A DNA stretch of 64,000 nucleotides from a bacterium (GTDB lineage Bacteria; SZUA-182; DTGQ01). Location: the NCBI GenBank assembly GCA_040752695.1, contig JBFMGO010000012.1, positions 1 through 64,000 of the forward strand. Reading direction: 5' to 3'. The notes beneath the pieces are model-generated. The model saw nothing but the letters and a program-made list of their open reading frames with translations, searched no databases and was not told the origin of the DNA. The translations under genes and the position numbers were made by a program. This document shows positions 20,609 through 29,619 of this stretch, in pieces (within the stretch, counting starts at the first letter, position 1; every line of letters begins with the position of its first letter).

Positions 20609-21468
20609 TGGGACACCATACGGGGCATGTTATGAAAACAGTACGGTTTTTCAAAATGAGCGCCTGCGGGAACGATTTTATCCTGATAGACAACAGGCGA
20701 AATCTTGTGGATGAGTCTCAGGCTTTTGACTTTGTGCAGAAAGTCTGCCGGAGGCGTATTGCTCTTGGCGCGGATGGGGTGATTTTTCTGCGCAGTTCTC
20801 AGGTGGCGGATTTTGGCATGGGATTTTTCAATGCTGATGGCGGGGAAGTCGAGATGTGCGGCAATGGTGCCCGTTGCCTGGCCCGCTTTGCCTTCCTGAA
20901 TGGAGTATGCCCGGAGCGGATGAGCTTCGAGACAAAAGCCGGCTTGATCGAGGCGGAAGTGACCGGGCAGCAGGTCAAACTGAAAATGGATTACCGCCTC
21001 AGCCCTTTGCCTCAATTCCCTTTACTGGTTAATGGAGAGGAAAAACAGGTGTTTTTCCTGAAGGCGGGAGTCCCCCATGCCGTTTACCTGGTGGAGGATG
21101 TAGAGCAGGCGGACGTGATCGGAGTAGGGCGGGCAACGAGGTATCATGAGCATTTTCAACCGGATGGCACCAATGCAAACTTTGTCCAGGTGACCGGTCC
21201 TCAAAAGATTGCCATCAGGACCTATGAGCGGGGTGTGGAGGATGAAACCCTGGCCTGCGGCACCGGATCAATTGCTTCTTGCATTATCTGTGCTTCCCTT
21301 GGCAGGGTGGTTTCGCCGGTGTCCGTAGTGACCAGAAGCGGCTGCGTATTGAAGATATATTACGAGAAAGAGGCAAATGGGTTTGGCGGCATCTATTTGC
21401 AGGGAGAGGCCCGCGTGGTAGCCGAAGGGAATGCGTGGCTGGAAGAGTTAAGCATTGGAAAGGAGTAG
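20605..21468 (+). CDS. dapF: Diaminopimelate epimerase
   Basis: GNDF, EMCGNGARC and ERGVEDETLACGTG. Start may be 20632. Confidence 0.96.
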   Translation: MMGHHTGHVMKTVRFFKMSACGNDFILIDNRRNLVDESQAFDFVQKVCRRRIALGADGVIFLRSSQVADFGMGFFNADGGEVEMCGNGARCLARFAFLNGVCPERMSFETKAGLIEAEVTGQQVKLKMDYRLSPLPQFPLLVNGEEKQVFFLKAGVPHAVYLVEDVEQADVIGVGRATRYHEHFQPDGTNANFVQVTGPQKIAIRTYERGVEDETLACGTGSIASCIICASLGRVVSPVSVVTRSGCVLKIYYEKEANGFGGIYLQGEARVVAEGNAWLEELSIGKE

Positions 21469-21506
21469 CGGACCTGCATCCGGAAGGAAATACCAAAAGA
21501 AAATAA

Positions 21507-21718
21507 ATGCTGCGAAAATACACGGCAAAATACACCAAAACAGAGTCCGGCTACAGGGGGCAACTCGTTGAGAGTGGCCGGAACTCATTACTGAAGGGAA
21601 AGACATCGAAGATTGCCGGGCAATGTTACATGATGCTCTCAACGAGATGATTCTAGCCTACCGGCAACAGGTCAGGGAAATACCATCAGGGAGAAGACAA
21701 TCAGGAGGAGGTAGATAA
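21507..21718 (+). pseudogene. HicB-family antitoxin, frameshifted
   Basis: MLRKYTAKYTKTESGYRGQLVE, then an extra AG (21573-21574), then WPELITEGKDIEDCRAMLHDALNEMILAYRQQVREIP in the other frame. Stop TAA overlaps the dapA ATG. Confidence 0.8.
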
Positions 21719-22596
21719 TGTTTCGTGGATCAATGGTGGCTATAGTAACTCCGTTTTGCAATGGAGCTGTGGATGAAAAAAAATTACAGGAATTGATCGC
21801 CTTTCAGATCGAGAAGGGCACGTCGGCCATTGTCCCTTGTGGCACCACCGGTGAATCAGCCACTCTGACCCATGCCGAGCACAGCCGGGTAGTGGACATT
21901 GCCATCGAGGCTGCACGGAAAAGGGTTCCGGTTATCGCCGGAACAGGCTCGAACAGTACTGAGGAGGCTATCCAGTTAACTCGGCGGGCGAAGGAGTCCG
22001 GTGCGGATGCTGCTCTGCTTATTACACCTTATTATAACAAGCCTACGCAGGAGGGACTGTATCTGCATTACAAGGCAGTGGCTGAAGCGGTTGACCTTCC
22101 CCTTATCCTGTACAATGTACCCGGCCGGACCAGCATAAACATGGAGCCGAAAACCGTGGAGAGGCTGGCCCAGATCGAGAATATTGTAGGTATCAAGGAG
22201 GCCAGCGGCTCTTTGGCTCAGGTCACCGACATAATTCAGCGATGCGGAGATAAAATGACTGTCCTGTCCGGTGATGATGCGCTGACTCTGCCCATTTTGG
22301 CAGTGGGCGGGAAAGGTGTAATTTCCGTGGCTGCCAATATCGTGCCGGACCGGATGGCCGAGTTGGTCGATTCCTTCCTGCAGGGAGACCGGGCAAGGGC
22401 TATGGAGTTGAATCTCAATCTCTATCCGCTCTTTCAGGCGCTCTTCTACGAAACAAATCCGATTCCGGTCAAGACAGCGCTCTTTCTGATGGGGAAGATC
22501 GGGGATGAATTCCGGCTGCCGCTCTGCTCCATGTCAGAATGGAATATGAGCAAATTGAAGGATATTCTCGCCAGATACCAGTTGTTGCCGGAATAG
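21718..22596 (+). CDS. dapA: 4-hydroxy-tetrahydrodipicolinate synthase
   Basis: GTTGESATL, PYYNKP, YNVPGRT and GIKEASG. Confidence 0.97.
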   Translation: MFRGSMVAIVTPFCNGAVDEKKLQELIAFQIEKGTSAIVPCGTTGESATLTHAEHSRVVDIAIEAARKRVPVIAGTGSNSTEEAIQLTRRAKESGADAALLITPYYNKPTQEGLYLHYKAVAEAVDLPLILYNVPGRTSINMEPKTVERLAQIENIVGIKEASGSLAQVTDIIQRCGDKMTVLSGDDALTLPILAVGGKGVISVAANIVPDRMAELVDSFLQGDRARAMELNLNLYPLFQALFYETNPIPVKTALFLMGKIGDEFRLPLCSMSEWNMSKLKDILARYQLLPE

Positions 22597-22632
22597 GAAT
22601 AGAATAAAGAGATTATATAAGGAGAAAAAAGA

Positions 22633-23442
22633 ATGGTCAAAGCTCTGGTCTGCGGTGCGGCAGGCAGAATGGGAAATCTGATTATCAGGGCGATTCAGGA
22701 CAGTGAGGGGATCGAGCTGGCCGGTGCGCTGGAGCGATCGGGGCATGCGTCCCTGGGAGAGGATGCAGGAGTGATAGCTGGTACAGGCGCCCTGGGGGTC
22801 AGGATCAGTGATCGATGGGAGGAGATAATCGGTCAGGCGGACGTGATCGTTGACTTTACCTCTCCCGAATCTACGAAGAACATGGTCCTGGCGGCACAGA
22901 AGCATCGGAAAGCTATGGTCATAGGAACAACAGCCCTGCCGGAAGAGGTGCTTTCAGAGATCCGGAAACTGGCTGATACTGCTCCTGTAGTCCAGTCCCC
23001 GAACATGAGCGTAGGCGTGAATTTATTATTTACGGTGCTGCCTCAGGTTGCTCAGATTCTGGGAGAAAGTTACGATATAGAGATAGTCGAGGCGCACCAC
23101 CGGTTAAAGAAAGATGCCCCGAGCGGCACGGCCATGAAGATGGCGCAAGGATTGGCCAGTGCGAGGAACCTCGATCTTGACCAGGCCGCCCGCTATGGAC
23201 GGGAGGGGTTGCCTGGTGAGCGGTCTCGCGGGGAAATCGGCATTCATGCCGTGCGGGGCGGCGATATCGTAGGAGAGCATACGGTGATCTTTGCCGGTGA
23301 TGGCGAGCGGATCGAAATCACACACAGGGCGCACAGCCGAGGTACTTTTGCCTACGGCGCAGTCAGGGCTGCCCTGTTTGTGAGTGGCAAGCCCGCAGGG
23401 TTGTACGACATGAAGGATGTCCTGTCCCTTGCCCAGAGATAG
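22633..23442 (+). CDS. dapB: 4-hydroxy-tetrahydrodipicolinate reductase
   Basis: GAAGRMG and EAHHRLKKDAPSGTA. Confidence 0.97.
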   Translation: MVKALVCGAAGRMGNLIIRAIQDSEGIELAGALERSGHASLGEDAGVIAGTGALGVRISDRWEEIIGQADVIVDFTSPESTKNMVLAAQKHRKAMVIGTTALPEEVLSEIRKLADTAPVVQSPNMSVGVNLLFTVLPQVAQILGESYDIEIVEAHHRLKKDAPSGTAMKMAQGLASARNLDLDQAARYGREGLPGERSRGEIGIHAVRGGDIVGEHTVIFAGDGERIEITHRAHSRGTFAYGAVRAALFVSGKPAGLYDMKDVLSLAQR

Positions 23443-23525
23443 CTTAGAGGAACGGCAAGCAGGGAGTAAAGCCAGGGAACAGCGGAAAAAAAGACATTGA
23501 TAAAAACAATGAGAAAGTCATCACC

Positions 23526-24335
23526 ATGATCAGACAGTTCGTACGGTTTGCAGCCGGAGATTTCGAAGGATATGGTTTTTTGGAGGAAGAGGGAAAGATC
23601 AGGGCCATAGAGGGAGACATCTATAGTGACACCTACGGCGATATCTTGAGCGATGCCCATATCACTGACCTTCGGTATGACCCGGAGCGCGATCAGGTCA
23701 GGATTTTGCCTCCCTGCAGGCCATCAAAAATCGTGGCTGTAGGGCTTAATTACCGTGACCATGCCCGTGAGCTGCATCTGCCTGAGCCGCAAGAGCCCCT
23801 GATTTTTTTAAAACCCCCAAGCGCGGTTATTGGCCATGAAGAGGCGATTATGTATCCTTGGATGTCTCGTCAGGTGGAATACGAGGGGGAATTAGGGATC
23901 ATCATGGGCAGAAAAGCCAAGGGGATTGCGGCCGAAGAGACTGCCGGGTATATTTTGGGCTATACCTGTGTCAATGACATTACGGCCCGTGACCTGCAAA
24001 AAAAAGACGGGCAGTGGACCAGGGCCAAGTCCTTCGATACCTTTGCAGCCATCGGTCCCTGTCTGGCTGTAAGGCTTGCTGCTGAGAGTCTCATCATCCG
24101 CTCTCGCCTGAATGGCCAGCTTCGGCAGTCATCGAATACGAACCAGTTGATTTTTTCTCCTGCATTTTTAGTAAGCTTCATTTCCCAGATCATGACCCTG
24201 TTTCCCGGCGACGTTATCTCTACCGGCACTCCGGCTGGTGTAGGTCCGCTCCAGCCAGGGGATGTGGTGGAAGTGGAGATTGAAGGCATTGGAACGCTGC
24301 GAAACCGTGTCGTGGCAGGGCAGCCGGAAGGATAA
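23526..24335 (+). CDS. Fumarylacetoacetate hydrolase family protein
   Basis: KIVAVGLNY, EYEGEL, NDITARD and TGTPAGVG. Confidence 0.93.
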   Translation: MIRQFVRFAAGDFEGYGFLEEEGKIRAIEGDIYSDTYGDILSDAHITDLRYDPERDQVRILPPCRPSKIVAVGLNYRDHARELHLPEPQEPLIFLKPPSAVIGHEEAIMYPWMSRQVEYEGELGIIMGRKAKGIAAEETAGYILGYTCVNDITARDLQKKDGQWTRAKSFDTFAAIGPCLAVRLAAESLIIRSRLNGQLRQSSNTNQLIFSPAFLVSFISQIMTLFPGDVISTGTPAGVGPLQPGDVVEVEIEGIGTLRNRVVAGQPEG

Positions 24336-24419
24336 GAAAGAAGGGAGTTAGGTTCTTTTATCATTATCACAAAGGAAATACTTTTTATGGAAATACTCTT
24401 TATGGAAAGGATAGAACGC

Positions 24420-25457
24420 ATGAAGACCGATTTCATTCCAAAATGCCGGGCCACGGGTATAGGCAGCTTGCCTCATACTGAGGCCAAAGAGGCATGTGAG
24501 CTTGTGCTCCAGACCTTACCGGAGATTCCCTTCTGGCCCCAGCTTCCTAAAAGAAGTGCCAGGGAGAATATGTACTGGCAATACAGCGAGAATTTACCCG
24601 GCCTTGGCTTCGAGGGTGATCGGATGTTCATTCATACTCCGGAGGACTTTTCAGCCATTGAAAAGTTCTATGAACATTTCCTTTCCGAAGATCTCGATTA
24701 TTTCTCTATCAGTCAGGCTCACGCCGAAGGGTTCTATCAGCTTGAGGAATACTCAAGCCGCATCCAGAAAGCCTGGGCGCTCAAAGGCCAGATTACCGGT
24801 CCGATCAGCTTCACTTTACAGGTTACTGACGAAAATCGCAGGCCCTTGCTTTACAACGACGAGTTGAAGGATATGGCCATTAAGAACCTCGTTGCCAAGG
24901 CCAATTGGCAAAAAGGGATTCTTCGCGCGATGAATCCAAGGGTCATCATCTTTTTGGATGAGCCCTATTTAAGTGCCTTCGGATCAGCGTTCACCAGTCT
25001 CAGCCGGGAGCAGGCGATTGAGGCCCTCGAGGAAGTCCTGGGAGGGATTGATGCCATTACCGGTATCCATTGCTGTGGAAATACCGACTGGTCCTTATTA
25101 TTGGAGACCTCGGTCGATATTCTCTCCTTTGATGCCTATGAGCATGCGTCCAATGTATTTCTCTACGAAAGCCAGTTGAAGAAATACCTGGAGGCAGGGG
25201 GGACCATTGCCTGGGGGATCGTGCCTACGGATGAGCAGCTTCTCAAAGCCGTTGCCGTAAAAGACTTATGGGAAAAACTGGAGAAAATCTGGCTGGATCT
25301 GGCCGGGCGAGGCGTTGATCTTGCGCAAATCGCTTCTGCCTCTCTCATTACCCCTGCCTGCGGACTTGGTACGGTGCACAAGGATATGGCAGCCAGGGCA
25401 CTGACCCTGGCCGGGGATCTTTCGCAAATGCTCAGGGAAAAGTATCAGTTAGCCTAG
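24420..25457 (+). CDS. Single-barrel (core) MetE-like methionine synthase
   Basis: TGIGSLPH, FWPQLP, KGQITGP, DEP, and candidate Zn ligands in GIHCC and TPACGLG. About half the length of MetE. Confidence 0.78.
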   Translation: MKTDFIPKCRATGIGSLPHTEAKEACELVLQTLPEIPFWPQLPKRSARENMYWQYSENLPGLGFEGDRMFIHTPEDFSAIEKFYEHFLSEDLDYFSISQAHAEGFYQLEEYSSRIQKAWALKGQITGPISFTLQVTDENRRPLLYNDELKDMAIKNLVAKANWQKGILRAMNPRVIIFLDEPYLSAFGSAFTSLSREQAIEALEEVLGGIDAITGIHCCGNTDWSLLLETSVDILSFDAYEHASNVFLYESQLKKYLEAGGTIAWGIVPTDEQLLKAVAVKDLWEKLEKIWLDLAGRGVDLAQIASASLITPACGLGTVHKDMAARALTLAGDLSQMLREKYQLA

Positions 25458-25592
25458 AGCAACCGTCACATCCTTTCAGCATTACCTTTTCGATGCACCA
25501 AAATAAACCAGAAAAAATCGATCTCTCCCTTCATCCTCCTGGAGATGACTAATTATCCTTTATAAATTCAAGTCATTCTCCGGGAGGCGTCT

Positions 25593-25608
25593 TGGCATTA
25601 AACTTGCT
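25593..25608 (+). promoter_or_regulatory. sigma54 promoter of the secreted protease gene
   Basis: TGGCAT-TAAAC-TTGCT, about 105 bp upstream of ATG 25715. Confidence 0.72.
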
Positions 25609-25714
25609 TGCCTCATCTAAATGACAAGGCCGACAATTCCTATCTCGTCATAGTGTTTTTTCAGTTCATCGATGTAAGTCATGAAGATCCTTACAGATCC
25701 GGAGGTGGCAGATT

Positions 25715-28633
25715 ATGCATTCAGGGTGGAGAAGATCGTGGGTGAGCATAGCGGTATTGCTTTTGGGGGTGATATTTTGGGATTTTATTGGTGCGGGAAA
25801 TGCGGGGGCTTTTCTTGGCCAGCAGGGAGATCGAAAGGAGTTTCAGGAGGAGGAGGACGTTCCTCAAGGGAAGTACCGGTACCTGATGGATATACAAGAG
25901 CGCAAGAGAGTCCAGGGGGGAGTGGCCCTAACAACGGGCAGAAGGATGAGAAATCAGAACCTTCATAAGCTTACAAATATGATTGGTTCCGATTGGCGTG
26001 TTATTTCGGTTAATCATGTGACCGGCGCTCCTCGACAGGTCATTCGGGATGACACCGACGAGCCTGCTGCTTCAGGACTGTGGAGAAGGCTGTTCAAGAG
26101 TCCGGAAGATCTGGTGGATGATGCCAGGCAGTTTGTACAGGAGAATGCAGATATTTTTCAATTGGGGGACTCAGCAATCCAGTTTGTCAGAACAACCGAG
26201 AGTGCAGGGGCCTGGTGCGTAGATTTCCAACAGGAATATCAAGGTGTTTTGGTTTATGGAAGCAGAATCAGTTTTCGGTTTGACAACTCTTATCAATTGA
26301 TAGGCTTTGGTGTGGATACTTTTCCTGGTATAGCTCTTGAAGTGACCCCATCGATTGATGAGACGAAAGCCTGGGAGGCAACAGCGCAGCATCTGGGGAT
26401 TCCATCCGGTTATGGTTATAAGACCAGGCTGGTCATCCTTCCCGCTCTTTTGGAGGATGATCTGCAATACTTTTTAGCCTGGATGGTGGATGTAGAGGGG
26501 GTATGGCGCTACTTTGTAGATGCCCTAAATGGGCATCTCATCAGTCGTTATGACCTCACCCGTCCAGCGGTATCCGGCCGGATTCAGGGTTATATTTTCC
26601 CCCAGTTCCCCGACTTAAAGACAAGGGAGTTGAAACCGCTCATGGACCAGCACGTTTACCTTTTGAATAAAAGTGAAAAGGTATATGAGGCACTGTTTGA
26701 TGGTAATCGGCCCCAGGGCTGGATGCCGGAGGGTCTGTGGGAGTATGGTCAGCCGAAGCCGGTAGATCCGCTCACCATAATAGGGCATGGCGGCCCCCCT
26801 GACCCGAATTCAGGGCATACGGGAGCCAATGTGTACGGGTATAATCTCTCAGGAGATTATACCAACCTGATGAGGCCTGCGTATCTGACTACACCGCAGA
26901 TTGGTTTCGACTTCGCCATCAATAACAGTATCACCGCGATCAACAGCAAGTCTCGATTGATCCTGCTATTCTGGCGCTGGCTGGGAGTTTATAAAGAGTA
27001 CACTGAGAACGAGGCCACGGGAGCTCGCACCTATTACGACCGGGCCTCTATCGAGATCTCCTCCAATGGTGGCTCGACCTGGGATACTGCCTGGTCCAAC
27101 GGATCGGGGCAAGTTGAAGATGCCGTTTATCGCGAAGGCGCGTGGCATGGTGGCTGGAACCTTCAGGCATATGATATTTCTCCCTATATAGGTGACAGCA
27201 ATCAGGTGATCATCCGCTGGGGTATGGGGGCTACCGATAACTCGGGAGTCTTTTGCGGATGGAATATCGATGATATGGAAGTGCTGCGGGCGCAGGAGGA
27301 CCGGACCGACTCCAATGGATATTTCAGCTTCGATCCGACCTGGGATCCCAATGCTACCATGACCATTATGGCCAAATTGGCCGGAAGGTATGTAGAAGTA
27401 AGTAGTGAAGATGAGAAGGACGCTCTCTATTTACTTGAAAATATTACTGATCCATACGATAATCCAAATATCAATGCCAATCTCTCAACCTACGATGAAG
27501 TGAATGTTTACTATCACATAAACAGGATGCTTCAGTATATCAAGCAGGTTGACCCCGAATTCGACGGCATGGACCGTGATGGGCAGAAAGGGCCGGTCAG
27601 GGTAATCACCCGCTGGGGAGATTACTATACCAATGCCTTCTGGACCTCAGATAATCGGATCTATTTTGGGGAGGGTGACGGGAAGATCGACGGCTATCGC
27701 AATTTCGCCCTTTACGCCGATATCATTTACCACGAATATACCCACGCGATAACTGAAAGCTATTATTCCTACTTCATGCCAATGCTCCCGGACGTAAGCG
27801 AGCGGCCTGCTACGAGCACCGATACGACGACTGATCAGCAGCGAGTACTGACTACGGAGCTGGATGCCATGCACGAGGCATTCTCTGACTACTGGGCAGC
27901 GGTTTTGACCGATGACCCGAAGCTCGGAAACGGTGGTTTTTGGATTGGTCATGATTATGTCCGGCGTCTTGACAAGGATGAAAATTATCCCCGGGTTTAT
28001 AAGTATCCGGATGATTATGGGGATGACGCTTACGCCAACAGTCTGATTCTGTCCACCGCCATGTGGGATGTCCGCAAGGCACTCGAAGAGACGGGAGATG
28101 AAAAGGATGCTGATAAATTGTTCCATTTTGCCCGGGACTTCGGCCCTACGACCTTTTCCGATTACCTGCAAGCGATCATAGAGCAGGATAAGAATCGCTT
28201 CAAAAGCACGCATTCGTCACTGATCAAGCGACTTTTTGGGGCACACGGCATCAGCAAGGCTCCCCGTATCCCTGAAAATCCCGTTGGTACCGCGGGTGAC
28301 AAGTCAGTTCACCTGACCTGGGTAGCCCCGAACGACCCTGATATCGTTGGATATCACGTATACTACCGTACCGAGAACGACATCGAAACCAGCAGGGAAG
28401 ATCCCAGTGTCCAGATAGATGTCAAGAATGTCACTTCTTTTACCGTTGAAGGATTGACCAATGAAACGACTTATGTTTTGAAGGTCAAATCCTATAACGA
28501 GTATGGCACGGAAAGCGAATCCTCTGATTACGTGTATGCAACTCCTTATGATCCGGCAACCAAATACAGGGCTCTTTCCAGTGGAAGTAATGACAGCAAT
28601 GTTGGACTTTGCTTCATAGGGGCTATCCGATAA
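25715..28633 (+). CDS. Secreted M4/M36-like zinc metalloprotease with propeptide, inserted beta-sandwich, FN3 domain and CFI tail
   Basis: Signal peptide; FTP-like (FQQEYQGVLVYG) and PepSY-like (YFVDALNG) propeptide; NAFW; HEYTH; third ligand in MHEAFSD; FN3 (VHLTW...GYHVYY...GLTNETTY); ends GLCFIGAIR. Confidence 0.85.
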   Translation: MHSGWRRSWVSIAVLLLGVIFWDFIGAGNAGAFLGQQGDRKEFQEEEDVPQGKYRYLMDIQERKRVQGGVALTTGRRMRNQNLHKLTNMIGSDWRVISVNHVTGAPRQVIRDDTDEPAASGLWRRLFKSPEDLVDDARQFVQENADIFQLGDSAIQFVRTTESAGAWCVDFQQEYQGVLVYGSRISFRFDNSYQLIGFGVDTFPGIALEVTPSIDETKAWEATAQHLGIPSGYGYKTRLVILPALLEDDLQYFLAWMVDVEGVWRYFVDALNGHLISRYDLTRPAVSGRIQGYIFPQFPDLKTRELKPLMDQHVYLLNKSEKVYEALFDGNRPQGWMPEGLWEYGQPKPVDPLTIIGHGGPPDPNSGHTGANVYGYNLSGDYTNLMRPAYLTTPQIGFDFAINNSITAINSKSRLILLFWRWLGVYKEYTENEATGARTYYDRASIEISSNGGSTWDTAWSNGSGQVEDAVYREGAWHGGWNLQAYDISPYIGDSNQVIIRWGMGATDNSGVFCGWNIDDMEVLRAQEDRTDSNGYFSFDPTWDPNATMTIMAKLAGRYVEVSSEDEKDALYLLENITDPYDNPNINANLSTYDEVNVYYHINRMLQYIKQVDPEFDGMDRDGQKGPVRVITRWGDYYTNAFWTSDNRIYFGEGDGKIDGYRNFALYADIIYHEYTHAITESYYSYFMPMLPDVSERPATSTDTTTDQQRVLTTELDAMHEAFSDYWAAVLTDDPKLGNGGFWIGHDYVRRLDKDENYPRVYKYPDDYGDDAYANSLILSTAMWDVRKALEETGDEKDADKLFHFARDFGPTTFSDYLQAIIEQDKNRFKSTHSSLIKRLFGAHGISKAPRIPENPVGTAGDKSVHLTWVAPNDPDIVGYHVYYRTENDIETSREDPSVQIDVKNVTSFTVEGLTNETTYVLKVKSYNEYGTESESSDYVYATPYDPATKYRALSSGSNDSNVGLCFIGAIR

Positions 28634-28697
28634 AGGATACTCTCAGAGAATAGGGATACCCTCATAGAAGAGATCCCGGCAGGTATAAAAATTCACC

Positions 28698-28747
28698 CGA
28701 GGCACCGAAACAGAAAGAGTCAGGCTCATGCTCCGTTTCGGTGCCTC
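28698..28747. terminator. Inverted repeat between the convergent protease and PRTase genes
   Basis: gaggcaccgaaac ... gtttcggtgcctc. Confidence 0.6.
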
Positions 28748-28840
28748 TTGAGCTTTCTTCCTGAAGGTGCTTTTGCCTTTGAGTTCAAAGAAAGCGGCTA
28801 TCCGAACTGAATAGGGGTTTACCCAGCCATGAATAGCGGC

Positions 28841-29389
28841 TTATCCAAAAATGATCTGATAAAGAGCTTCCCCCTTTTGCCGGATTTCTTCTTCGGTAAG
28901 GCCCTTGAGCTCGTGCGGAAAAACAACCCATTGGTCAACCTCTCTCAGATAGAAATCAGGCACGATAGTGGTCTGATTCTTGCTTGGTTTAAAAAAAATG
29001 GTAGCCACCTTAATTTCGGGCCTTTTTTCGCTGGCCCTGTGTTGAATAGCCTGGATTACCGAAGAGAGGGTTCGCCCGGTATCGAAAATATCGTCTACAA
29101 TCAGAATCCTGCATTCCTCGTGAATGAGCGATAAGGCATGCTCCAATCCATCGATATGCACCTCCCCTGGGCACTCGATCCCCTTATAGGCATGCACTTT
29201 GATAACCGTATGTGCCAGGCTGAGGCCTTTAAAGGTCAGGAATTCGTGAATAGCGATTCCCGGCGGAGTTCCTCCTCTCCAGATCCCGATCAAGAGATTC
29301 GGGAAATAATGACTTTCATAGATCCTGCGGGCCAGGGTAAAAGAATCAAGCAGCAACCTGTTGGCATCGACATAGTTTTTTTCAGTCAT
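28841..29389 (-). CDS. Type I phosphoribosyltransferase (purine salvage-like)
   Basis: GIWRGG, PRPP motif ILIVDDIFDTGRT and WVVFPHE. Confidence 0.9.
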   Translation of the reverse strand: MTEKNYVDANRLLLDSFTLARRIYESHYFPNLLIGIWRGGTPPGIAIHEFLTFKGLSLAHTVIKVHAYKGIECPGEVHIDGLEHALSLIHEECRILIVDDIFDTGRTLSSVIQAIQHRASEKRPEIKVATIFFKPSKNQTTIVPDFYLREVDQWVVFPHELKGLTEEEIRQKGEALYQIIFG

Positions 29390-29536
29390 GAAAGATCCTT
29401 TCCCATCAATGCGTATTGTGGAAAATGGGTATGTAAAACAGTATCGTCACAAGGATCATTTTAGGGGAATTATCAAAGTATTTCAAGGATTAATTTAAGG
29501 GGAAGGGATAAGAATTACTTCAAGGAGGAGAGAGTT

Positions 29537-29575
29537 GAAAAAGAGGGATGACCACATCGGCCATCCCTCTTTTTC
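29537..29575 (-). terminator. Intrinsic terminator downstream of the first GGLY gene
   Basis: gaaaaagagggatg ... catccctctttttc hairpin with A/T tails on both sides. Confidence 0.65.
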
Positions 29576-29619
29576 TTTTTACTATGGAGGGCAGAAAAAG
29601 TGCTTCTGCCCTGAAAATA

